A DNA stretch of 64,000 nucleotides from Minisyncoccota bacterium (GTDB taxonomy: Bacteria > Patescibacteriota > Minisyncoccia > UBA6257), in NCBI GenBank assembly GCA_028695015.1, contig JAQVJR010000002.1, forward strand, positions 706-64,705. Reading direction: 5' to 3'. Each line of letters begins with the position of its first letter. Position 1 is the first letter of the stretch. The notes beneath the pieces are model-generated. The model did no database searches and was not told the origin of the DNA. It saw nothing but the letters and a program-made list of their open reading frames with translations. A program made the translations under genes and the position numbers. Of this stretch, positions 19,238 through 26,889 are shown in pieces.

Positions 19238-20336
19238 CTCTAAGTTTATGAATTAACCTTATCATGAATCTTAAATTATGAATAGAAGCTAATCTAAGAT
19301 AAAGAGGTTCTTTTACAGAATAAAGATGATTAAGATAAGCCCGAGAGAAATTTTGACAAGTATAGCAATCACAATTTTCTTCTATGGGCTGAATATCTTT
19401 TTTAAATTGACTATTAGAGATACGAATATTCCCCTGTGCTGTATAAAGAGAACCATGTCTGGCAGTTCTTGTTGGGGCAACACAATCAAACATATCAACT
19501 CCCCTTTTAACAACTTCAATAATATCTTGAGCTGAAGAACCTAAGCCCATAGTATATCGAGGTTTGTTTTCTGGTAATAAATCCTGAAGATAATCAAGAA
19601 TTTCTAAAGTACGAGGCATATTATAACCAATTGTTTCTCCACCTAAGGCAATACCATCAAAATCTAAACTGGTAATAAACTTAGTTGATTCTTTTCTCAA
19701 ATCTTCAAAAATACCTCCTTGGATAATACCAAAAATTAGAGGTGGTTTTTTATCTTGATTTTGATATTGTTTACTTAATTCTTGATGTTTTTTTAAAGAT
19801 CTTAAAGCCCATTTATGAGTTCTGTTCATGGATTTTTTAGCATATTCTTTATCATCATTATCAGGACTGCATTCATCAAAAGCCATAATAATATCAACGC
19901 CTAATTTATGTTGAATTTCTATTGATTTTTCAGGAGTAATAAAATGCTTAGTACCATCTATTGGTGAAGAAAATTCAATACCATCCTCTCTAATTTTAGC
20001 CATATTTTTACCACTTTTAGTCCTATTTTGACCAAAACTCCATGCTTGAAACCCCCCAGAATCGCTCAGAATAGGCCCAGACCAGTTCATAAACGAATGA
20101 ACACCTCCTAGGTCATAAATTAGGTTTTCACTTGGCTGAAGAGCTAAATGAAGAGTATTGACTAAAAGAATTTCTACACCTATTTTACTTAAATCATCAG
20201 GCCCAATAGCTTTTACACTAGCTTGAGTCCCAGGAGGCATAAAAATAGGGGTTTGAAAATCTCCATGATTTGTACAAACCTTACCTAAGCGAGCTCTATC
20301 TTTTTTAGATTTTTTTAATATTTTAAACATAGGCAT
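19227..20336 (-). CDS. tgt: tRNA-guanine transglycosylase
   Basis: DSGGFQ, DEC, GIIQGG, DMFDCVAPTR and CDCYTC…H zinc site. Confidence 0.96.
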   Translation of the reverse strand: MPMFKILKKSKKDRARLGKVCTNHGDFQTPIFMPPGTQASVKAIGPDDLSKIGVEILLVNTLHLALQPSENLIYDLGGVHSFMNWSGPILSDSGGFQAWSFGQNRTKSGKNMAKIREDGIEFSSPIDGTKHFITPEKSIEIQHKLGVDIIMAFDECSPDNDDKEYAKKSMNRTHKWALRSLKKHQELSKQYQNQDKKPPLIFGIIQGGIFEDLRKESTKFITSLDFDGIALGGETIGYNMPRTLEILDYLQDLLPENKPRYTMGLGSSAQDIIEVVKRGVDMFDCVAPTRTARHGSLYTAQGNIRISNSQFKKDIQPIEENCDCYTCQNFSRAYLNHLYSVKEPLYLRLASIHNLRFMIRLIHKLRDEI

Positions 20337-21379
20337 TATTGAATAAACATTGCATCACCAAAAGAAAAAAACCTGTATTTTTTATCAATAGCTTGTTGAT
20401 AAGCTTTTAAAATTAAATCTTTATTTGCAAAAGCTGAAACTAATATTAATAAGGTTGATTTTGGTAAATGAAAATTAGTAATTAAAGCATCTACAAACTT
20501 AAATTCATATCCTGGGTAAATGAATAAATTTGTCCAATCTTTTTTTGATTGTAATTTAGAATTATGTATACAAGATCCCAAAACTCTTACTGTGGTTGTT
20601 CCAATAGCAATAATTCTTTTTTTATCTTTTTTTGCTTGATTTAATCTTTTAGCAGCTTGTTCATTTAATTCAAAAAACTCTGAATGCATTTGGTGATCTT
20701 GTATATTCTGAACCTTAACTGGAAGAAAAGTTCCTAAACCAACATAAAGGGTTACATATTCTATTTGAATATTCTTTTCTTTTATTTTATCTATCAAGTC
20801 TTTTGTAAAATGAAATCCAGCTGTAGGCGCAGCAACAGAACCATATTTTTTAGCATAAATAGTTTGATATTCTTTAAAAGAGCGTTGAGTGGGTTGGGTT
20901 ATATATGGTGGCAATGGAGCTTGGCCTAGAGATAAGATTTCTTTTTTTAATTCCTCACCTGTTTTATTAAAACTAATTATTCTTTCATAATTTACTTTTT
21001 CTTTGATTTTTCCAAATAAATTATCATTGAATTTTATTCTTTGCCCTGTTTTTAATTCTGGTTTGCCAATAATTACCCAATCTGTGGGCCAAGTTATAAA
21101 ATCAAAAACTTGTTTATCTTGAGGACGAATAAGAAGAATTTCTACCTTACCCTGAGTATTTTCTTTTTTACCATAAATACGTGCTGGCACAACCTTGCTA
21201 TCATTAAAAACTAAAACATCATTTTCTGAAAGATAATCAATAATATTATAAAAGTACTCATGTTGTATTTTTTCAGTTTTTCTATCTAATATTAAAAGAC
21301 GAGAATGATCTCGCATCTCTGTTGGCTCTTGAGCTATTAATTTTTTTGGTAAATGATAATTAAATTGAGAGATATCCAT
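20336..21379 (-). CDS. queA: S-adenosylmethionine:tRNA ribosyltransferase-isomerase
   Basis: PLPPYI, GSVAAPTAGFHFT, TNFHLPKSTL and FSFGDAM motifs. Confidence 0.96.
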   Translation of the reverse strand: MDISQFNYHLPKKLIAQEPTEMRDHSRLLILDRKTEKIQHEYFYNIIDYLSENDVLVFNDSKVVPARIYGKKENTQGKVEILLIRPQDKQVFDFITWPTDWVIIGKPELKTGQRIKFNDNLFGKIKEKVNYERIISFNKTGEELKKEILSLGQAPLPPYITQPTQRSFKEYQTIYAKKYGSVAAPTAGFHFTKDLIDKIKEKNIQIEYVTLYVGLGTFLPVKVQNIQDHQMHSEFFELNEQAAKRLNQAKKDKKRIIAIGTTTVRVLGSCIHNSKLQSKKDWTNLFIYPGYEFKFVDALITNFHLPKSTLLILVSAFANKDLILKAYQQAIDKKYRFFSFGDAMFIQ

Positions 21380-21411
21380 TATTAATATATCTTATAATGT
21401 TTTGACTAAAT

Positions 21412-21450
21412 AAAAAAGGGCGTTGATTAATTTTTATTATTAACGCCCTT
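21412..21450 (-). terminator. Intrinsic terminator
   Basis: AAGGGCGUU…AACGCCCUUUUUU immediately after the 21449-21715 ORF. Confidence 0.7.
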
Positions 21451-21715
21451 AATCTTTAAATAACCAATTTAAGGGTTTTTCTAATAGTAAGACAAATTTT
21501 TCTGAAATTTTCTCAACCCATTCTTCAAATTGTTCTATTTTTTGAGCAACTTTTGGCATTTTAAGCGCCCTAAACATATCAGCCAATCCTATTGTTATTA
21601 GTAAAAATAACACAAAACAGAGTAATGCCAATTCAAAAAATATAGTAACAATATCAAACAATACATTTTTTGCCTTAGTTTTAATGCTTTTTTTAGGTTT
21701 GGTCTTTTGAGTCAT
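21449..21715 (-). CDS. Hypothetical single-TM protein (ORFan-like)
   Basis: 88 aa with one hydrophobic segment; strong SD AGGAGG. Confidence 0.7.
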   Translation of the reverse strand: MTQKTKPKKSIKTKAKNVLFDIVTIFFELALLCFVLFLLITIGLADMFRALKMPKVAQKIEQFEEWVEKISEKFVLLLEKPLNWLFKD

Positions 21716-21784
21716 CTAAGACCCCTCCTTTCATCTATTTCAAACTACTAAATAGATTATACCCTAAATTAGCATAGTCGTCAA
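21716..21784 (-). promoter_or_regulatory. sigma70-type promoter, boxA-like motif and SD
   Basis: TTGACG-N17-TATAAT, then AGTTTGAAAT and AGGAGGGG. Confidence 0.7.
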
Positions 21785-22710
21785 TTAGATTCTTGTTCAG
21801 CTAACCATTTATCAGCATCTATCAAAGCCATAGCTCCCCAACTAGCAGCAGTGATTGCTTGTTTGTATTTAGCATCACAAACATCACCAGCAGCAAAAAC
21901 ACCTTGAATAGATGTTTTGGTATTTTCTGTTATTTTAATAGAATCATCTTTATTTAATTCTATTTGTCCTTTTAAAATATCTGTATTAGGTTGATAACCA
22001 ATAGATAAGAATAAACCATTTACTTCTAATAATTTCTCTTGATTGGTTTTTACATTTTTAATGTTAATACCATTTAAGAAACTATCCCCTTTTAATCCTG
22101 TTATTATTGAATCCCAAATAATCTCTATCTTTGGATGATTTAAAACTTGCTCTTGATTTCTTTTAGAAGCTCTTAAACTATCTCGACGATGAATGATAAA
22201 TACTTTTTCAGCATATTTAGTCAAAGTAATGGCATTTTTTATAGCACTATCACCACCACCAACAACAGCAACAGTTTTATTCTTAAAGAAAAAACCATCA
22301 CAAATAGCGCAAACAGAAATACCACGACCAATTAATTCTTTTTCTCTTTCCAAGCCTAGCCATTTATTAGAAGCACCAGTAGCAATGATTATGGCTTTTG
22401 ATAAATATTCTTTACCTTCATGAGTTTTTACTGTAAAAGGTCTTTTTTTAAAATCCACTGAGATAATATTTTTATCTAAAATCTCAGTTCCAAATTTCTT
22501 AGCTTGAGTAGTTATCTTTTCTAAAAGCTCAGGACCACTTAATTTTTCTGGAAATCCAGGAAAATCTTCTATGGCTTCACAAAGCATTAATTGACCCCCT
22601 GGAGGCGAGCCAGTAAATAACAAAGATTTAAGTTGAGCCCGACCAGCATAAATACCCGCAGTTAAACCAGCAGGACCACCACCAATAATAATAATATCGT
22701 ATAATTCCAT
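21781..22710 (-). CDS. trxB: Thioredoxin reductase
   Basis: GGGPAG, CAICDG, GGGDSA, HRRD and GVFAAGD motifs. Confidence 0.96.
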   Translation of the reverse strand: MELYDIIIIGGGPAGLTAGIYAGRAQLKSLLFTGSPPGGQLMLCEAIEDFPGFPEKLSGPELLEKITTQAKKFGTEILDKNIISVDFKKRPFTVKTHEGKEYLSKAIIIATGASNKWLGLEREKELIGRGISVCAICDGFFFKNKTVAVVGGGDSAIKNAITLTKYAEKVFIIHRRDSLRASKRNQEQVLNHPKIEIIWDSIITGLKGDSFLNGINIKNVKTNQEKLLEVNGLFLSIGYQPNTDILKGQIELNKDDSIKITENTKTSIQGVFAAGDVCDAKYKQAITAASWGAMALIDADKWLAEQESN

Positions 22711-22760
22711 TAATTTATTCTACCAGTTTTAGCTTTATAATAGCAAATAAGCCTCTTATT

Positions 22761-22860
22761 AAATAAAAGAGAGATAATTTACAAAGTAAATTATCTCTCT
22801 GGTGACTCTCTTCTGCAAGCAGAAGAGAGAGCCCCACCGTTTGACGATCAAAAGATCGTC
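22761..22860 (-). ncRNA. Putative ~100-nt three-hairpin small RNA of unknown family
   Basis: Own promoter (TTGACT-N16-CATAAT, 22867-22894); three adjacent stems, the last a perfect 15-bp stem followed by a U-tract. Confidence 0.6.
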
Positions 22861-22951
22861 AAGAATATTATGGCAAATATGATTTAAAAGTCAAGATTTT
22901 TTAAAACATAGTATTCTAAATTTAAAATTGTTAAAATATGTTTAATATATC

Positions 22952-24385
22952 ATGGAAAGTAAAAAAGAATTTATTAAAGATAAAAAGATATTAATTGTTG
23001 GCCTAGGTTCTTTAGGTGGTGGTATTGCTACTAGTCTTTGGTTTTTAAAACAAAAAGCCAATATTACCATTACAGATTTAAGAGATAAGAGAGATTTAAA
23101 ACAATCTTTAAATAAATTAAAACAATATTCCTCAAGAATAAAATTATCTCTTGGCGGCCATAATAAGAAAGATTTTAAAAACCATAATCTTATAATTATC
23201 AACCCTGGGGTTAAAATCAAAAACAATCCATATCTCCAAATAGCAAAAAAAGAGAAAAACCTAATAGAAAATGAATTAAGCTTGTTTTTGAGATTTAACC
23301 AATCTCCTTTAATAACAATTACTGGTACTAGGGGCAAAACAACAATTACTAATTGGATTGGATATTTATTAAAAGAAAAATATCCCCAAACCATTATTGG
23401 CGGTAATATACCTGAAAGTCCAGTTTTATCTTTTTTAAATAAAACCAAAACAAATGTCCCGGTTGTTTTAGAATTATCCAGTTTTCAATTAGAAATATTA
23501 AAAAACAAATATCAAGGACCTAATATAGCTATCATTACTAATTTATACCGAGATCATCTTAATCGCCATGGCAATATGAAAAACTATGCAATGGCTAAGG
23601 CTAATATATTTAAAAATCAACAAAAAACTAATTATCTAATATTAAACTATCAAGATAAATGGACTAAATTCTTTCTTTCCTTAAAACCTAAAAGTCAAAT
23701 TTATTTCATATCAAACAAACCCCTTGCTTTGAATAAGAACGGGGTTTTTAACCAAAATAATAATATATATTTCCAAGAGAATAAGAAAAAACAATTAATT
23801 TTAAATGCAAAAGGATTTTCTAAACAATGGGGAGAACATAATTTAAGTAATTTAATGTTTTCCATTTTAGCTGCTAAGTTATTTGGCTTAAGTTTTACTC
23901 AAATTAAAAAACAAATACCAAAACTACCTCAAATGACATTTCGTCAACAAATAGTATATCAATTAGATACAAGGCTCTTAATAATTAATGACAGTTGCGC
24001 CACAACTCCAGAAGCAACAATAGCTGCCTTAAAAAGGTTTTCTAATAAACAAAATAACCTTATTTTAATTACTGGGGGCACTGATAAAGATCTAAAATAT
24101 GATGAATTAGCTAAACAAATCAAAAAAACCATATCACCAAAGAATTTAATCATCCTTAATGGCTCTGCTAGTGTAAAATTAATCAAAGAATTAATTAAAA
24201 TAAAATATTCTAATAATTATTCAGTTTTTGAATCATTAAACGAATGTTTATCTTATAGTTTGTATTTAAGAAAACATAAAAAAGATATTATTCTTTTTTC
24301 TCCAGGGGCTACTAGTTTTGAAAAGTTCCTAAATGAATTTGATAGAGGGAAAACATTTAATACTTTAATCAAGGAGATAAAATAA
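22952..24385 (+). CDS. murD: UDP-N-acetylmuramoyl-L-alanine--D-glutamate ligase
   Basis: ITGTRGKTT, ELSSFQL, DHLNRH, INDS.ATTP, GGTDK and FSPG.TSF motifs. Confidence 0.93.
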   Translation: MESKKEFIKDKKILIVGLGSLGGGIATSLWFLKQKANITITDLRDKRDLKQSLNKLKQYSSRIKLSLGGHNKKDFKNHNLIIINPGVKIKNNPYLQIAKKEKNLIENELSLFLRFNQSPLITITGTRGKTTITNWIGYLLKEKYPQTIIGGNIPESPVLSFLNKTKTNVPVVLELSSFQLEILKNKYQGPNIAIITNLYRDHLNRHGNMKNYAMAKANIFKNQQKTNYLILNYQDKWTKFFLSLKPKSQIYFISNKPLALNKNGVFNQNNNIYFQENKKKQLILNAKGFSKQWGEHNLSNLMFSILAAKLFGLSFTQIKKQIPKLPQMTFRQQIVYQLDTRLLIINDSCATTPEATIAALKRFSNKQNNLILITGGTDKDLKYDELAKQIKKTISPKNLIILNGSASVKLIKELIKIKYSNNYSVFESLNECLSYSLYLRKHKKDIILFSPGATSFEKFLNEFDRGKTFNTLIKEIK

Positions 24386-24408
24386 AAAAGGAGGTATGCC
24401 CTCCTTTT
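24386..24408. terminator. Bidirectional intrinsic terminator
   Basis: aaaaggagg-tatgc-cctcctttt between convergent genes. Confidence 0.78.
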
Positions 24409-24418
24409 GTTTTTTATT

Positions 24419-24607
24419 TTACCACCGAAATGATGCTATATATAGATTGTAGATAAATAATGCTACAGCGGTAAAAATAAAAAAAATAAAAAATTTCCAG
24501 CTTGTTTCCTCCTCTTTAGTTAATATGACTAAAAATGTTATTACCCCAAGGGCAATAAATAAAAAGAAAAAAAGAATTTGTTGAGGCAATAAAGTCAAAA
24601 TAAACAT
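24419..24607 (-). CDS. Small two-TM membrane protein
   Basis: 62 aa, very hydrophobic; AGGAGG 6 nt before the ATG. Confidence 0.65.
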   Translation of the reverse strand: MFILTLLPQQILFFFLFIALGVITFLVILTKEEETSWKFFIFFIFTAVALFIYNLYIASFRW

Positions 24608-24640
24608 TTTTTCCTCCTTTTCAATTTTTCATTATCTTGC

Positions 24641-24718
24641 TTACCATCTCCTTCCTTTACTTTTAAATAGGCTTAAAAAAAGATATTTTAGAATATCGAG
24701 TATTTTATTTAGATTCAT
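24641..24718 (-). CDS. 25-aa amphipathic micro-peptide (not in ORF track)
   Basis: MNLNKILDILKYLFLSLFKSKGRRW*; AAAGGAG SD 8 nt upstream. Confidence 0.5.
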   Translation of the reverse strand: MNLNKILDILKYLFLSLFKSKGRRW

Positions 24719-24734
24719 TATTAATCTCTCCTTT

Positions 24735-24908
24735 CTAATGAATTAATAATGTATAAGAAAGCAAAATTAATAATATTATACTAGCTAATAGTATGGTTAG
24801 AATAATTTTATCTCCAGTTCTGCTTTCTTTTTCGTTAATCATTTGCTGAATAGTTTTCTGAGTTAATTTCCTTTTTTCAAGAAAATACACTTTTGTGTTT
24901 AATAACAT
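24735..24908 (-). CDS. 57-aa tail-anchored membrane protein (not in ORF track)
   Basis: MLLNTKVYFLEKRK…TGDKIILTILLASIILLILLSYTLLIH*; GGAGGTGA SD. Confidence 0.62.
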   Translation of the reverse strand: MLLNTKVYFLEKRKLTQKTIQQMINEKESRTGDKIILTILLASIILLILLSYTLLIH

Positions 24909-24945
24909 TACTTTTCACCTCCCTCATACTTTCTTCTATTTATCT

Positions 24946-25173
24946 TTAATTTTTTTTCTTTGTGTTTCTTATATGCAATAATCCAATACTTATTGCTGAA
25001 AGTAAATAAAAAAACATAAAAAATAAATTTGGAGCAAAAAATGAGAAAATTATTAATATGGCCACAATACCTACAGCTAGAACATCACCAATTCTTCTTT
25101 TTTCCAACTCAATGAATGGGCTTTGGGCGATTCTTTTTTGTTTGTCTTTTTTTCCGAAAACGTGAAAATTCAT
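24946..25173 (-). CDS. Small two-TM membrane protein
   Basis: 75 aa; AAAGGAGGT SD upstream. Confidence 0.65.
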   Translation of the reverse strand: MNFHVFGKKDKQKRIAQSPFIELEKRRIGDVLAVGIVAILIIFSFFAPNLFFMFFYLLSAISIGLLHIRNTKKKN

Positions 25174-25546
25174 TGTTTCTTCTACCTCCTTTCTGTTTAA
25201 TTAAAATCATTTCATTTAAAACTTTTTCTTTAATCTGAATCTTCAGATCTCTCTTTACTTCTTTATAAATTTTAGGGATTGTATTATTGCTAATATATAC
25301 TAATTTACATTCTTCAAATAATCTTACCACTCTTTGATTACTTACTCGGATAACTTCTAGATATCCTGCCATGCCTGGGCCATTTTTATGACCTAATTCT
25401 CCTTTACCTCTTCTGATGTATAGATAGTGTTCGAGATTGTGAGCTGATATTTCATTATTTCTAACTCCATGTAATAAAAGCAAATTAATTTTTTTCTTTT
25501 TACCATTCAAGCATCCATTAAATCTAACCAGAAAATGACGTTTCAT
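25109..25546 (-). CDS. Hypothetical basic protein, first gene of the small-ORF operon
   Basis: 145 aa; promoter, boxA-like motif and AAGGGGT SD upstream. Confidence 0.6.
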   Translation of the reverse strand: MKRHFLVRFNGCLNGKKKKINLLLLHGVRNNEISAHNLEHYLYIRRGKGELGHKNGPGMAGYLEVIRVSNQRVVRLFEECKLVYISNNTIPKIYKEVKRDLKIQIKEKVLNEMILIKQKGGRRNNEFSRFRKKRQTKKNRPKPIH

Positions 25547-25618
25547 CTTTTACCCCTTTCATTTTATATTTTCAAAGTACATTTATCGTATAATAACATT
25601 GAATAAATAGATTGTCAA
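25547..25618 (-). promoter_or_regulatory. sigma70-type promoter, boxA-like motif and SD
   Basis: TTGACA-N17-TATTAT; ACTTTGAAAAT at 25568-25578. Confidence 0.7.
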
Positions 25619-25620
25619 AT

Positions 25621-25652
25621 CAAAAAATGGCCTTTTTATTAGCCATTTTTTG
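25621..25652 (-). terminator. Intrinsic terminator
   Basis: caaaaaatggc…gccattttttg inverted repeat after the 25665-25913 ORF. Confidence 0.6.
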
Positions 25653-25664
25653 TTTATCTAAGCT

Positions 25665-25913
25665 CTAATTTTCCAAATCATCTTCTTGTATTTCATAGAA
25701 TTTACCAATATCATCAACTACATCAACTCTTTCTATCTGACCTTCTATATTTACCTTGATATAGCCTTCTTCATCTGGCTCAATGCCTTTTTCTTCTAAC
25801 CATTGTTCAACTATTTCTTTTTCACCACCACCAAAAATTTCTAGAAATTCTTCATTAGTTATCAAAGGCATTTGTGTTTGTTTTTCTGGAACAGGAATAG
25901 TTTCTAAAGCCAT
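25665..25913 (-). CDS. Small highly acidic hypothetical protein
   Basis: 82 aa with 24 D/E against 6 K/R. Confidence 0.7.
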   Translation of the reverse strand: MALETIPVPEKQTQMPLITNEEFLEIFGGGEKEIVEQWLEEKGIEPDEEGYIKVNIEGQIERVDVVDDIGKFYEIQEDDLEN

Positions 25914-25952
25914 GTTTTTTATTAAAAATAATTTTAAAGCCGACCTTTTTAT

Positions 25953-25997
25953 AAAAAATGCTGCTATCTATTGAAGCAAGCTTCTCTAAATAGCAGC
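25953..25997 (-). ncRNA. Putative tiny hairpin RNA (unit B)
   Basis: TTGACA-N16-TATACT promoter at 26004-26031, then a long stem with CUUG loop and a U-tract. Confidence 0.55.
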
Positions 25998-26067
25998 ATT
26001 CTAAGTATAGCAAATGAAAAATATTTGTCAAGAGATATAAAAGTTTATAAAGAAATAGGCTTAGAAT

Positions 26068-26107
26068 AAAAAAATGCTGCCGCTTCTGGCAAGCCAAAAA
26101 CGACAGC
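26068..26107 (-). ncRNA. Putative tiny hairpin RNA (unit A)
   Basis: TTGACA-N16-TATACT promoter at 26114-26141, then a long stem with G-U pairs, CUUG loop and a U7 tract. Confidence 0.55.
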
Positions 26108-26165
26108 ATTATTAGTATAGCAAATCCAAAAACCTTGTCAAGTCAATTGTGGATAACTTAAAAGA

Positions 26166-26444
26166 TCAATGTTTAATGATTTTTATAGCTTTTCCATTAA
26201 CAAGAGCATCTGCTATTTTTTTATAAGCTGAATAAAGTATTCTCTGATAAGTACTAGTTGAGGTATGCATTTTTTCAGCAGCTTTTCTTTGTTCCAAATC
26301 ATTTAAATGCCGTAAACGATAAGCCTCTAGTTCTTCTATAGTTAATTCTGTAATTTCCAAAAATCTCATTGGTACCCCTTGAGGTTTAAAATAAGTAACA
26401 TCTGGATCAAAATTCACTTTGCGATAAAGTCTTGGTCTAGCCAT
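26166..26444 (-). CDS. DUF134 family predicted DNA-binding protein
   Basis: MARPRLYR, YFKPQG, EELEAYRL, AAEKM and KKIADALVNGKAI motifs. Confidence 0.9.
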   Translation of the reverse strand: MARPRLYRKVNFDPDVTYFKPQGVPMRFLEITELTIEELEAYRLRHLNDLEQRKAAEKMHTSTSTYQRILYSAYKKIADALVNGKAIKIIKH

Positions 26445-26528
26445 AAATACTAATTTAGTAACAGAATAAAGAAACTGGCCCCTTGATATATATTAATTAA
26501 TATACACGAAGAGGCCAATAATCTTTTA

Positions 26529-26798
26529 TTATTTCTGACCCTTGAGTTCGGTTAATCGTTGTTTGATATCTTTCAATTCTTCTTCAAGATCTTCAGCCTC
26601 TTCTTCGAGTATTTCCATTTCTTCTTCCTTAGTTATCCTCGTTGGATAATAAGGAGCATAATCCCAACCACGACCAAAACCTCTACCATATCCTCTACCA
26701 TATCCTCTTCCCCAGCCACGACCAGCGCCACAAGGCCCTAAGCCCCAACCAGTTCCAGGACCCATTCCCCAAGGACCAGTTCCATCAAATCTTGGCAT
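26529..26798 (-). CDS. DUF5320 family protein
   Basis: MPRFDGTGPWGMGPGTGWGLGPCG, GRG(Y/W/F) repeats and a C-terminal coiled coil; true start at ATG 26798. Confidence 0.88.
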   Translation of the reverse strand: MPRFDGTGPWGMGPGTGWGLGPCGAGRGWGRGYGRGYGRGFGRGWDYAPYYPTRITKEEEMEILEEEAEDLEEELKDIKQRLTELKGQK

Positions 26799-26851
26799 AT
26801 TTTTATTTATTGTTAATATTTTAAGATTTGAGATAGCCGACTTACTATCTG

Positions 26852-26885
26852 TTATGAGTATATACCCATAATTAGAAAAAGTCAA
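26852..26885 (-). promoter_or_regulatory. Promoter with an overlapping palindromic operator
   Basis: TTGACT-N17-TATACT; TTATGAGTATATACCCATAA (26852-26871) covers the -10 element. Confidence 0.65.
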
Positions 26886-26889
26886 GTCT

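Noticed and set aside
22761-22860. SRP RNA, tRNA or preQ1 riboswitch identity
   Set aside because: Lacks the SRP domain IV motif, the cloverleaf/T-loop and the preQ1 consensus
25855-26109. 84-aa minus-strand ORF
   Set aside because: It runs across the promoter and hairpin units, overlaps the acidic ORF out of frame and has no protein-like features
25953-26142. CRISPR mini-array
   Set aside because: Only two units; the repeated parts are promoter elements and stem ends; no cas genes nearby
26148-26156. DnaA box suggesting oriC
   Set aside because: Single box with no cluster and no dnaA/dnaN nearby
26799-26885. 5' extension of DUF5320
   Set aside because: Its TTG start is the -35 element; the family N-terminus is MPRFDGTGP
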